Source of the DNA: a virus
Lineage: Duplodnaviria > Caudoviricetes
DNA length: 43,878 bases
Reading direction: 5' to 3' (one strand)
Virus record (IMG/VR): IMGVR_UViG_3300037462_000290
Coordinates: 1-43,878 of that record
In this document: in pieces, positions 34,770-43,247 of the stretch
Position numbering within the stretch: position 1 is the stretch's first letter
Layout of the letters: the number at the start of each line of letters is the position of its first letter
Notes under the pieces: generated by a model
Database searches by the model: none
Told to the model about the DNA's origin: nothing
What the model saw: the letters and a program-made list of their open reading frames with translations, nothing else
Position numbers and translations under genes: made by a program

Positions 34770-35728
34770 GCGTGACCCACTACAGCAGCACCGACTCGGG
34801 CGCGCCGGTGATCAACGGCACCGTCGGCAGTCTCGTCAACTTCTTCGACACCGTGCTGGTGGGCAGCGGCACGGCCTACGGCAGCAAGCCCAAGCAGGGC
34901 TGGACCAAGCTGCACAGCGGCACCAACAAGGCGGTTTACCAAACCGCCGACGGCGTGGCGCACTACCGCGTGATGCACGACGGCAGCCAGGGCGCCGCCG
35001 GCGGCCGCGAGGCCGTGGTGCGCGGTGCCGAGTCGGCGACGAATGTGGATACCCTGGTGGATGCCTTCCCCACCACCACGCAGGTGGCAGATGCGGCCTG
35101 CGTGTGGCGATTGAGCAGCACCGCAGATGCGACGGCGCGTGCCTGGCAGGCGCTGGCGACACCGAACCTGCTGATGCTGACCGTGGACCATGGCGGCAGC
35201 GGCTCAGAGTTTTACATCATGGGGCGCTACTCGCCCGACAGCGCCGACAATGCGTGGCCGTATCTGCTCAACACGCGCGCCAACGCGAACTCGGTCGGCC
35301 TATACGCCGCTACCAACATTGGCTGCACCCTGCTGACCGATGCGTTCACGGGGCGACTCTTCGCGATGCGCTCCCCCGAGGGCTCGATCAAGTCACCGAT
35401 GGCCGCGATCATCGGACCATCCGTCTCGTCCAATCAGTTCGGCCGCATCGGCCCGGCGTGCCCGCTGCCGAGCGGGATCATCAACCTCCAGAAGGCGCGC
35501 GTGCTGGTCAACCGCGGCATCGTCACCACCAATGCCGGTGCATCGATGGCGGGGCTGGTGCCGCAGCTGTGGGAGCTGCTGCATGGCTCGCTCAGCGGTG
35601 TGTCGGCGGGCGACACCTTCAGCGTGCCCACAGATGCGTCGCCAGCGCAGTACCTGATCCGCCGCCTGTCGACCTTCAATGACCCGCTCTTCGTGTGGGA
35701 AACCACGGATACCTGGTCCCATGGCTAA
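34766..35728 (+). CDS. Tail protein, receptor-binding candidate
   Basis: YSSTDSGAPVINGTVGSL...LV.....YGSK...GWTK N-terminus typical of tail proteins at this position. Confidence 0.7.
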   Translation: MSVTHYSSTDSGAPVINGTVGSLVNFFDTVLVGSGTAYGSKPKQGWTKLHSGTNKAVYQTADGVAHYRVMHDGSQGAAGGREAVVRGAESATNVDTLVDAFPTTTQVADAACVWRLSSTADATARAWQALATPNLLMLTVDHGGSGSEFYIMGRYSPDSADNAWPYLLNTRANANSVGLYAATNIGCTLLTDAFTGRLFAMRSPEGSIKSPMAAIIGPSVSSNQFGRIGPACPLPSGIINLQKARVLVNRGIVTTNAGASMAGLVPQLWELLHGSLSGVSAGDTFSVPTDASPAQYLIRRLSTFNDPLFVWETTDTWSHG

Positions 35729-36071
35729 TTTGGGGGCGGTGGGCCGATCGCGCAGTGCGCCGCGTGCTCACAACGTCATCGAGTGCGCGCGTGCGCAGGC
35801 GAAGATTTCGGGCAGCGGTGCCGAGCCGGGTGCCAGCATCCTGATCAGTAGGCGTACCGCGCAGGTTGCCGCAGTGGTGGCCGACAGTGCCGGCGCATGG
35901 GTGCTGGCCAGCGGCCTCAACGACGGCACCTACTGGGCCGCCGAGGTTGGCACCCTGCGCGCCTGGCTGATCGACGTCGCCGGCGCGACCGTGACCGTCA
36001 CCCCGCAGACCGGCGGCGGTGGTGGCGGCGACACCATCGTGGCCGGCTACGCCTGGGCCAGCATCGGGTGA
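35721..36071 (+). CDS. Small tail-associated protein
   Basis: 116 aa, Ig/transthyretin-like pattern VADSAGAW...GLNDGTY. Confidence 0.6.
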   Translation: MANLGAVGRSRSAPRAHNVIECARAQAKISGSGAEPGASILISRRTAQVAAVVADSAGAWVLASGLNDGTYWAAEVGTLRAWLIDVAGATVTVTPQTGGGGGGDTIVAGYAWASIG

Positions 36072-36075
36072 GCCG

Positions 36076-37731
36076 GTGAGCACCTATCGCGCGCCGTGCA
36101 ACTATCGCTTCCCCAAGACCTACCGCGGCGCGGAGCTGGTGCCGGCCGTGCCGCCGCCGGGCTTCGGCACGCCGGTGACTGCGCGCTGGGTGCTGCCTGC
36201 GCCGCGCGGGCGCACGCTCAGGGCGCCGTCGCCCCAGGCTGAAGGCCTGCAGCAGGCGTTAACTGCGCGCTTCGATGCGGCCACTCCGCAGGCCGACAGC
36301 ACTGCGCTGCCGTGGGGTACGCCGGAGGCGCGCGGCGAGGCCGTGGGGCTGCCCTACGGCGCGCAGACGCCGCAGGCCGACACCACCGCGGCGCCGTTCG
36401 CGCAGGCCAGCGCGGTCGATGCCACCACCGCCGCGCCGTGGAGCACAGCCACGCCGCAGGCCGACACCGCCGCCGCGCCTTGGCGACAGGCCGCCGCCAT
36501 CGACCGCGTGCTGGCTTCGCGCTGGGGCACGGCTGAGCGCGTCGACCAGCTGCTCACCGCCTTCTGGCGACAGGCGGCCGCTCGCGGCGCAGTCATCGCG
36601 CTGCCTTGGGGGCCGGCTGGCCAGCGGCAGACCGGCGTGGGCACGCCGTGGCCCACCGACCCCGTCACCGGCACCACGCTGCAGCCCATCCTTCGCGAGG
36701 CCTACATCATGATCCCCACCCTCTCGGCCGTCGTGCTGCCCGGCCGAACCCCGCTCAACGTGCTGAGCCTGCGGCTGGCCACCGACGTCGACAGCTACGG
36801 CTGGCAGGGCAGCGCGCAGATCCCGTTTGCCGAGCTCGGCGCCGTGCGCCCCGGCGACGAGCTGGTCGAAGTCGAAGTGACCGTCAACGGCTACACCTGG
36901 GTGCTGGCGGTGGACGACTACAGCGACAACCGCCGCTTCGGCGCACGCACCGCGACGATCAACCTGCGTTCGCGCTCGGCGCTGCTCGATGCGCCCTACG
37001 CGCCGGCGCGCACCGGCTTGGCCGAGGACGCGCTGACCGCCAACCAGCTCGGCGATGAGCAGCTGTTCGGCACCGGCTGGACCCTGCTGTGGGATGCCGT
37101 CGACTGGCTGGTGCCGGGCGGCCGCTGGAGCTGGCAGGACGCCACCGCCCTGCAGGCGCTGTCCGAGCTGGCCGCGGCCATCGGTGCCGGCATCGAGACC
37201 GACCGCACCACGCTCGACCTGCGCGTGCGGCCGCGCTACCCGGTGAGCCCGTGGGCTTGGGGCGCGGCGACGCCCTACGCGGTGATCCCGGCCCACATCA
37301 TCACCGCGCTGAGCGGCCAAGCGCCGCGCGGGCCCAATGCCAACGGCTGCTACGTGTTCGACGGTGCCGGCGCGGGCGCCCTGGTGCGCATCACCGGCAC
37401 TGGCGGCGAGGTGCAGACGGTGCAGGTGGTCGACCGGCTGCTGAGCGAAGCCGATGCCCAGCGCGAGCGCGGCCGCATCGAGATCGCCCGCGGCGGACGC
37501 ATCAGCACCCACAGCGTGCAGACCCTGTTGCTGCCGTCGCCAGAGGCGCCGGGCCTGATCCCGCTGCGCAGCCTGCTGCAGATCACCGAGCCGCTGGACC
37601 CGAACGACCCCGGCGCGCCGGCCGTGAGCTGGCGCGGCCAGTGCATGGCCGTGAGCATCGATGCCGACCGCGCCGGCGGCCCCGCCAGCGTGCGCCAGAC
37701 CCTGACCGTGGAGCGCCACCACCGTGAGTGA
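36076..37731 (+). CDS. Tail tip/hub-like protein with N-terminal 14-aa Trp/Pro repeats
   Basis: GTG start; TDVDSYGW, VTVNGYTW, RSRSALLDAPYAP, DWLVPGG, PRYPVSPW. Confidence 0.75.
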   Translation: MSTYRAPCNYRFPKTYRGAELVPAVPPPGFGTPVTARWVLPAPRGRTLRAPSPQAEGLQQALTARFDAATPQADSTALPWGTPEARGEAVGLPYGAQTPQADTTAAPFAQASAVDATTAAPWSTATPQADTAAAPWRQAAAIDRVLASRWGTAERVDQLLTAFWRQAAARGAVIALPWGPAGQRQTGVGTPWPTDPVTGTTLQPILREAYIMIPTLSAVVLPGRTPLNVLSLRLATDVDSYGWQGSAQIPFAELGAVRPGDELVEVEVTVNGYTWVLAVDDYSDNRRFGARTATINLRSRSALLDAPYAPARTGLAEDALTANQLGDEQLFGTGWTLLWDAVDWLVPGGRWSWQDATALQALSELAAAIGAGIETDRTTLDLRVRPRYPVSPWAWGAATPYAVIPAHIITALSGQAPRGPNANGCYVFDGAGAGALVRITGTGGEVQTVQVVDRLLSEADAQRERGRIEIARGGRISTHSVQTLLLPSPEAPGLIPLRSLLQITEPLDPNDPGAPAVSWRGQCMAVSIDADRAGGPASVRQTLTVERHHRE

Positions 37732-37963
37732 GATCAGCCTGTGGGCCCAATTCCGCGGCCTGCTGCCGCGCGCACCGCTGCTGCTGGTCGAGGTGATCAG
37801 CCACGACACGGACGGCAGCAGCATCGTGCAGCTGCCTGGCACGACCAGCCAGTTCAAGGCGCGCGGCACACAGGTCGCCGAGGGCGACTTCGCCTTCGTG
37901 CGCGACGGCGTGATCGAGAACGAGGCGCCGGCGGTGACGCTGGGGCTCGACCTCGAGGTGTGA
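37724..37963 (+). CDS. Small tail-tip protein (79 aa)
   Basis: LWAQFRGLLP...ARG.....AFVRDG.I..EAP; last gene of the late operon. Confidence 0.7.
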   Translation: MSEISLWAQFRGLLPRAPLLLVEVISHDTDGSSIVQLPGTTSQFKARGTQVAEGDFAFVRDGVIENEAPAVTLGLDLEV

Positions 37964-37967
37964 GCAG

Positions 37968-37992
37968 GCAGGGTAGGAGAAGTCCTACCTGC
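37968..37992 (+). other. Hairpin/dyad directly after the late operon
   Basis: GCAGG(G)TAGGA-GAAG-TCCTACCTGC. Confidence 0.5.
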
Positions 37993-38041
37993 GATCGCGG
38001 CATCTCGCTGACGCGCACCGGCGGCGGCGGCGGGCACACTG

Positions 38042-38137
38042 GCACCGCCTTGGAAGCCCTCGCGTCCGCTCCACCCCGGAGAGTGAGCGCAACCCCTGCA
38101 GCGGGTCAGACTGCAGCAAGCTGTGCCAAGGTGATGC
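38042..38137 (+). ncRNA. Candidate structured small RNA
   Basis: 12-bp closing stem with one mismatch (38042-38053/38126-38137), inner hairpins 38062-38090 and 38096-38116, complementary loops ACCC/GGGT. Confidence 0.45.
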
Positions 38138-38141
38138 GCCG

Positions 38142-38170
38142 AGGGCCTGCATGGATGCGGGCCCTTCTTC
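38142..38170 (+). terminator. Intrinsic terminator-like hairpin with CATGGATG apex
   Basis: AGGGCCTGCA-TGGA-TGCGGGCCCT then TCTTC. Confidence 0.6.
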
Positions 38171-38267
38171 ATGGGACGATCCCGGCGTTCAGCGCTCAAA
38201 GGTCAGGATGGCCACGTCACAGCAGCGCCCGCCCGCCGTCCTGCCACCCACCGACCGGAGAACCTGC

Positions 38268-38549
38268 ATGCGCACCCTGATCGCTGCCGCCATCCTCGCC
38301 GCCGCCGTCGCGGGCAGCCCCGCCCAGGCCAGTGGCGGATCCCACACCGAGAGCTGCGGACAGTCCGTCATCACCGTCGGCGACCCCATCACCAAGGTCC
38401 GCAACGCCTGCGGCGAGCCCTGGCGCATCGTCCAGTTGGAAAACGTCTTCGGCGCCGGCGTCGGCGAGCGCTGGGAGTACGAGCGCACCACGGGCATGGT
38501 GCAGTTCTGGATTCAGGGTGGGAGGGTGGTGCGGATCGATCGCATCTGA
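38268..38549 (+). CDS. Secreted DUF2845-like protein (moron)
   Basis: GGAG RBS, signal peptide ending AQA, CG..VI.VGD....V...CGEP...WEY...F..GGRV..I. Confidence 0.75.
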   Translation: MRTLIAAAILAAAVAGSPAQASGGSHTESCGQSVITVGDPITKVRNACGEPWRIVQLENVFGAGVGERWEYERTTGMVQFWIQGGRVVRIDRI

Positions 38550-38665
38550 TCTGTTCCGCAATCCTGAGCGGCCCCGCGCCGTTGCTGGCTTTCAGGGCGT
38601 GATTTCACCGCCGATTGCGGAACGGAAATAGCGCGCAAGCTGTTGAAAAGCGGACTTTTCGCTTA

Positions 38666-38727
38666 GGACTCGAAATCCGGTATACGCCTCCGGCGTATCG
38701 AGGGTTCGAATCCCTCCCTCTCCGCCA
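38666..38727 (+). tRNA. 3' part of tRNA-Ser(CGA), the att core; not a complete tRNA
   Basis: GGA-CT-CGA-AA-TCCGG anticodon arm, long variable arm, GAGGG-TTCGAAT-CCCTC T-arm, CCTCTCC-G-CCA end; D-arm and 5' acceptor strand absent. Confidence 0.9.
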
Positions 38728-38741
38728 GATACAAGCGTTTC

Positions 38742-38776
38742 AGGGCCGTCACGGGTAGAGCCGGGCGGCCCTTTCT
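38742..38776 (+). terminator. Terminator-like hairpin after the tRNA core
   Basis: AGGGCCGTC...GGCGGCCCT followed by TTCT. Confidence 0.5.
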
Positions 38777-38804
38777 GTTCCGCAATCCCTGATCTGTTCC
38801 GCAA

Positions 38805-39827
38805 TCACTGCGTCGGCGTGACCTTCGCGCCCTTCCGCTTGCGCACGTAGTGCTCGGTCATCGTGACCGTGGCGTGGCCGAGCTGGGCCTGCGCCTGGCG
38901 GATGTCGCCGGCGCTGTCGGCCTTGTCTGTGCCGGCCTTCGCACGCAGGTCGCGGAACTGGATGTGCGGCAGGTTCGCCGCATCGCGGGCGCGCTGGAAC
39001 CGCACCTGCAGGGCCTTCAGTCCGATCGCTTTGCCCTCTTCGTTGACGATCAGCGCCAGCGTGTGCACCCGGTAGGCGCGCTTGCGTTCGTTGATGCGCT
39101 CCAGCACCTGCGCCAGCTTGCCGGTGACCTCGATGCGGAGCGGAGTCTTCGTCTTGCCCTGGCGCACCTGCAGGTAGCCGTCGCGCACGTCGGTGGCACG
39201 CATGCGCAGCACGTCGGCCGGACGCTGGCCGGTGAGGTAGGCGAGGTCGAGTGCGTCGCGAACCGGCACGCAGGCGTGCTGCCACAGTGCGGTGAGTTCG
39301 TCGTCCTCGATGTAGACGCTGCGGCCGGACTCGCGGAAGCCCTTGATGCCCGCGCAGGGGTTGGCCAGCGCGGTGTATCCGCGTTCGCGGGCGAAGTTCC
39401 AGATGTGCGAGAGCAGCGACTTTTCGCGGTTGGCCCGGGTCTGCGCCTTGGCGCCGCGCCATGTCAGGTACTGGCGCACGTGCTGCGGCTCGATCGCTTC
39501 AAGCGGGCAGGGCGGGTCGTCGAAGAACTCCAGCAGCTTGGCGAGTTCGGCGGCGTTGTCGACCTGCGTGCGCGGCGCCTTCGTCGGGATCACGTTCGCC
39601 CGGTACTGGTCGGCCACGTAGCGAAAGGTGAGCGTGGCCGGAACGCGCGGGCTGCTGGCCTCGCGCTCGATCTCGGCCCAGCGCTGGATGGCCAGCCCGT
39701 AGTCGCAGCCCAGCGGCTCTTCGCGCCGAGGCGTGCCGCCGTGGTCGTAGTAGTACCAGGTCTTGTCGCCGCGCTTCCGCTGGCGCAGGCGCGGCACGGC
39801 GTTGGGTTTGCTGGGGCGTCGGCCCAT
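38805..39827 (-). CDS. int: Tyrosine integrase
   Basis: LTGQR, QGKT, FRDLRAK, LGH, TEHYVR catalytic set; N-terminal arm-binding WYYYD...LG; adjacent to attP. Confidence 0.95.
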   Translation of the reverse strand: MGRRPSKPNAVPRLRQRKRGDKTWYYYDHGGTPRREEPLGCDYGLAIQRWAEIEREASSPRVPATLTFRYVADQYRANVIPTKAPRTQVDNAAELAKLLEFFDDPPCPLEAIEPQHVRQYLTWRGAKAQTRANREKSLLSHIWNFARERGYTALANPCAGIKGFRESGRSVYIEDDELTALWQHACVPVRDALDLAYLTGQRPADVLRMRATDVRDGYLQVRQGKTKTPLRIEVTGKLAQVLERINERKRAYRVHTLALIVNEEGKAIGLKALQVRFQRARDAANLPHIQFRDLRAKAGTDKADSAGDIRQAQAQLGHATVTMTEHYVRKRKGAKVTPTQ

Positions 39828-39828
39828 G

Positions 39829-40035
39829 TCACGCGGCCTTCTTCGGCTTCCATACCGGCTTGCCGCCGGCGGGCTCTGGTGCGGACTCTACCGCCGAGCG
39901 CAGCACCACTGGCCAGCCGCCGGCATCGAGGTAGTGGCGGATTCCGTTGCGGACCAGGAACTCGACCTGCCGCCGGCGGATCGGCGTGCGGGTAAGCTCG
40001 CGGACTTCGGACTTGGAAAGTGTGAGGTCAGCCAT
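39829..40035 (-). CDS. xis: Excisionase-like protein (DUF4224-type)
   Basis: LSKSEVRELT......QVEFL..NGI......G.PVV directly upstream of int. Confidence 0.8.
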   Translation of the reverse strand: MADLTLSKSEVRELTRTPIRRRQVEFLVRNGIRHYLDAGGWPVVLRSAVESAPEPAGGKPVWKPKKAA

Positions 40036-40345
40036 GCCCGTTCCTGACGACATTCATCCGAAAGACCTGAGTGATGCGCAACTCGAAACATTGTTTCGAG
40101 ATCTCACTCGGGAGTCTGGAAACCGCGGAGCTCACCGAAAATGGCGAGAGGCGGCAGCCACGAAGCTTTCGATGCGAGCTGACTGGATGCGAAGTGAGAT
40201 GTTGGCTGCGCAACGTGCGGCAGCTGAATCGCAAAGAGTGGCTGCCGAGGAAGCAGCCAAGGCGACCTACTGGAAAAAGGTTTCGGCAGGCGCTTCTGTG
40301 GCCTCCTTCCTCTTTGGAATCGGCCTGAAAGCTTGGTTGACTTAG
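40034..40345 (+). CDS. Moron: helical protein with C-terminal TM, antisense to the early operon
   Basis: GAGGT RBS, visibly lower GC than flanks, ends VSAGASVASFLFGIGLKAWLT. Confidence 0.6.
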   Translation: MPVPDDIHPKDLSDAQLETLFRDLTRESGNRGAHRKWREAAATKLSMRADWMRSEMLAAQRAAAESQRVAAEEAAKATYWKKVSAGASVASFLFGIGLKAWLT

Positions 40346-40347
40346 GC

Positions 40348-42192
40348 TCACGCCGCCCGCCTTTCCACAACCTGCACGGGATCGAGGTTGGCGCGGGCCA
40401 GCGCGGCGAGCGGGGGCGGGCTGACGCTGTTGCCGACCATGCGGACGGCCTGGCTCGTGGTCAGGGCCCGGCCGTCTGCGGTGTGGCTGATCACGTAGTC
40501 GGGCGGGAAGCCCTGGGCGGCGTACAGCTCGCGAGGGCGGAGCATGCGCAGGCCGATGTCGACGATGACGTAGGGCACGCCGCGCACGTGCACGGTGACC
40601 AAGGCGAGGCGGTCGCGCGTGGTGACGGTGTCCAGCGGGTCGCGCAGGTCGAGGGCGGTGCCGGTGCCGTAGTAGTTGACCAGGAAGGCGGCCACGCGCT
40701 CGGCGCCGGCGGTGTGCTCGGGGCTGAGCTGGCATTCGACCACGGCGTGGTGCTCGCCCTGTGCGGCGATGGTGGCCAGCGGGTCGGTCGCGGCGGTGCC
40801 GGTGCTGTGATGGCGCAGGGTTGCGAGGTGGGCGGTGACCAGTCGCTGCTGGCTGCCTGCCTGAGTGATGGTGCTGACGGGCTCGCTGCAGGCGTGGCCG
40901 GTGCCGTTGGCGTTGCGCGGCCCGCCGTTGGCTTGCTCGAGGTAGGCGGTGATGACTCCCATGGCGTGCGCGGCCCCGGCCGGCCGCTTCGCGCCTGCGC
41001 CGCTGGTGATGGTCGGCAGCGGGTCGCTGACGGGGGCGCCGGCGCTTTCGCCGCGAAACTTCGCAAGCGTGGCGCTGGCCAGCGCATGCCCGCCGCTGCC
41101 GCTGGCGGTGATGGTGCCGAGCAGAGAGTCAGGCGCGGAGCACCCTGCGCCCCATCGCTGCACGCCGCCGGGCCGGCCTTCGCCGTGGCTGGCTTGGACC
41201 AGCGTCGGCGACACCAGCAGGTTGCGGCCGTTGCAGGTGGTGACCGTCGGCAGCGGGTCGCCGGTGCCCTTCGGCGCGTTGTTAGTGTTGTTCGGGACGA
41301 TGAACGGCTCCGCCGCATCGATCACGAACCGCTTCACGCCGCGCGCGATGCGGCGCAACGTGGCGTCAGCCAGTGGGCGCTTGCGCTCGAAGATGCTGGG
41401 GCAGGGCTGGGTGAAGTCGATGCAGTCGGCCGCGGTGACGAAGGGCGCGGTGCGGCCGGGGCCGTGGGTGGGCTCGGGCCAGCGGATGGGCTGGCCGTCG
41501 CGGCGGGCGAGCAGGAACAGGCGGGTGCGGCTGGTGCCGGCGCCGTAGTCGCAGGCGCGCAGCTTGCGCCACTCGACGGCGTAGCCCAGCGCGCGCAGCT
41601 GGTCGACGAAGGCGCGCCAGGTGCGGCCGGCGTGCTTGGGGTTGGGGATGAGGTGCTGCTGCTGCACGGGCACGCGCTCGCCGGGGGCGGCGACGGTGCC
41701 GTCCAGCTTCAGCACGCGGCCGGTGCTGGCGCAGCGCTTGGCCACCAGCGGGCCCCACTTCAGGATCTGCTCGACGTTCTCCAGGCTGATGATGCGCGGC
41801 TGTGCGAGCCCGGCCCACTTGCACACGACCCAGCTCAGGCTGCGCGTGGCGCGCGATCGCGGCTGGCCGCCCTTGGCCTGGCTGAAGTGGGTGCAGTCCG
41901 GCGAGGCGTGCAGCCAGCCGACGGCGCGGCCGGCGATCTCGCGCACCGGGTCGGCGTGCCAGACGTCCTCGCGCAGGTGGCGGGTGAACGGATGGTTGGC
42001 GGCGTGCATGCCGATCGCGTGCTCGTCGTGGTTGATGGCGATGTCGGGGTCGCGGCCCAAGGCCTGCAGCAGCGCCTCGCTGGCCCCGCCGCCGCCGGCG
42101 AACAGGTCGACCACGATTTCGCCGGGGCGCAGCGCGCTGGTGCTGGCGCGCGGCTTGGGGAAGCGGAAGTAGTGTTGGGAGCCGTCAGGCAT
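40348..42192 (-). CDS. DNA cytosine-C5 methyltransferase (614 aa)
   Basis: DLFAGGGG (I), ASPDC (IV), LENV (VI), TSRTRLF (VIII), RML.PREL..AQGFP (IX), VGNSV (X). Confidence 0.93.
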   Translation of the reverse strand: MPDGSQHYFRFPKPRASTSALRPGEIVVDLFAGGGGASEALLQALGRDPDIAINHDEHAIGMHAANHPFTRHLREDVWHADPVREIAGRAVGWLHASPDCTHFSQAKGGQPRSRATRSLSWVVCKWAGLAQPRIISLENVEQILKWGPLVAKRCASTGRVLKLDGTVAAPGERVPVQQQHLIPNPKHAGRTWRAFVDQLRALGYAVEWRKLRACDYGAGTSRTRLFLLARRDGQPIRWPEPTHGPGRTAPFVTAADCIDFTQPCPSIFERKRPLADATLRRIARGVKRFVIDAAEPFIVPNNTNNAPKGTGDPLPTVTTCNGRNLLVSPTLVQASHGEGRPGGVQRWGAGCSAPDSLLGTITASGSGGHALASATLAKFRGESAGAPVSDPLPTITSGAGAKRPAGAAHAMGVITAYLEQANGGPRNANGTGHACSEPVSTITQAGSQQRLVTAHLATLRHHSTGTAATDPLATIAAQGEHHAVVECQLSPEHTAGAERVAAFLVNYYGTGTALDLRDPLDTVTTRDRLALVTVHVRGVPYVIVDIGLRMLRPRELYAAQGFPPDYVISHTADGRALTTSQAVRMVGNSVSPPPLAALARANLDPVQVVERRAA

Positions 42193-42562
42193 GGGTGGGC
42201 TCCGTGGCGGTGTCGGTGCGGGCGTAGTCGAATCGCCAGACCGGATACCCGGTCGCCTGGTTGCAGTGCTCTTCGATCTGCAGCAGTCGCAGCGCCGGGT
42301 AGCCAAGGAAGTCGCGCAGGAACGCCTCGACCTTGGCGGGCTCGCGAGCGCTCCACGACATTTGAGATTCGTTGCCGAAGTGCTGCCGGCTGAGGCGATC
42401 GTGTTTCTCTCGGTCCCATTGCAAGAGCCGGTCGCTGTAGACGGTGCCGCCTGATGTGGCCTGAACATTCATTGCTCGCCAGATCAGGATCGGGTCATAG
42501 CTGTACGGGTGCGTCCACTTCGTGCGCCGCTCTTTGTCGAATCGGATCATGTGGCCTTGCAT
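42185..42562 (-). CDS. Conserved hypothetical protein
   Basis: 125 aa: HPYSYDP...TVYSDRLLQWD...NQATGYPVWRF. Confidence 0.7.
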   Translation of the reverse strand: MQGHMIRFDKERRTKWTHPYSYDPILIWRAMNVQATSGGTVYSDRLLQWDREKHDRLSRQHFGNESQMSWSAREPAKVEAFLRDFLGYPALRLLQIEEHCNQATGYPVWRFDYARTDTATEPTHA

Positions 42563-42771
42563 TACGCCCCCTCCCTCGCCGCGCGGGCGGCCTGCTTGCG
42601 TGCGCGCTTGGCTTCGGCTGCGGCCTTGCGTTCGGCTGCGCGGCGCTCGCTGCGTGTGCGCCGAGAGTCGCCGGCGTCGGTCACGGCGGCCGTGTGGTTA
42701 GGCGTTTGCGCCGCAGCGGCGAGGCCAAGCGCGGCAATCAGCATCATGTTTTTCGACAATGCGGACCTCAT
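42562..42771 (-). CDS. Small basic protein
   Basis: 69 aa, hydrophobic N-terminus and Arg/Lys/Ala-rich tail; coupled to neighbours. Confidence 0.55.
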   Translation of the reverse strand: MRSALSKNMMLIAALGLAAAAQTPNHTAAVTDAGDSRRTRSERRAAERKAAAEAKRARKQAARAAREGA

Positions 42772-43247
42772 GGCTGCACCTCCCTCGCCGCGCGGGCGGC
42801 GTCGATCTTCGGGCCCATCAGTTCGAGCAGCCGCGACGTCTCTGCGTAGCTCTCGGCATAGAGCGGATCGCTGGCCGCGTGCGCGATCGCCAACACCACG
42901 CGGCGCAGGCCTTGGCCCAGCGTGGCTACGTCGGCGGCCAATGCGTCGGCCTCATCCGCCCGCGCCTTCAGCTTCCGGATGTGCTCGACCAGCTCGGCCT
43001 GCATCAGCCGGCCTTCTCGATCGCCGGCGGCGGCGCGGATGTCGGCCAGCAGGCTGAGCAGCAGGAAGCCGTCGGCGAGGTCTTCGCGGACGTAGGTGAC
43101 TTCCTGGCCGCCGATGCTTTCGGAGCACCAGGTGAGGGCGCCCCAGTTCGCCTCGCTCACGGGCTCGCTGCGGTCCTCGGGGTCGCCGTAGGTGTTGACC
43201 TGCAGCCAGATGCGCGCCGGCAGGGATTGGGTGAGGGGGTCAGTCAT
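42768..43247 (-). CDS. Hypothetical phage protein
   Basis: PARIWLQ...TWCSE......YVRED motif, then coiled coil. Confidence 0.65.
   Translation of the reverse strand: MTDPLTQSLPARIWLQVNTYGDPEDRSEPVSEANWGALTWCSESIGGQEVTYVREDLADGFLLLSLLADIRAAAGDREGRLMQAELVEHIRKLKARADEADALAADVATLGQGLRRVVLAIAHAASDPLYAESYAETSRLLELMGPKIDAARAAREVQP

Larger units (their letters stand above)
38546..38806. mobile_element. attP region: integrase arm-type repeats on both sides of the core
   Basis: GTTCCGCAATC copies at about 38551-38563, 38613-38623 (inverted), 38775-38787 and 38794-38806. Confidence 0.85.

Noticed and set aside
34167-37963. Diversity-generating retroelement or invertible tail-fibre cassette
   Set aside because: No reverse transcriptase or invertase ORF, and no template/variable repeat pair seen.
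38641-38727. Complete phage-encoded tRNA-Ser
   Set aside because: 5' acceptor strand and D-arm are missing and the anticodon stem is broken upstream of GGA; it is the att core.
38546-38806. CRISPR-like repeats
   Set aside because: Repeats are only 11-18 bp, irregularly spaced, one is inverted, and no cas genes are present; they fit integrase arm sites.
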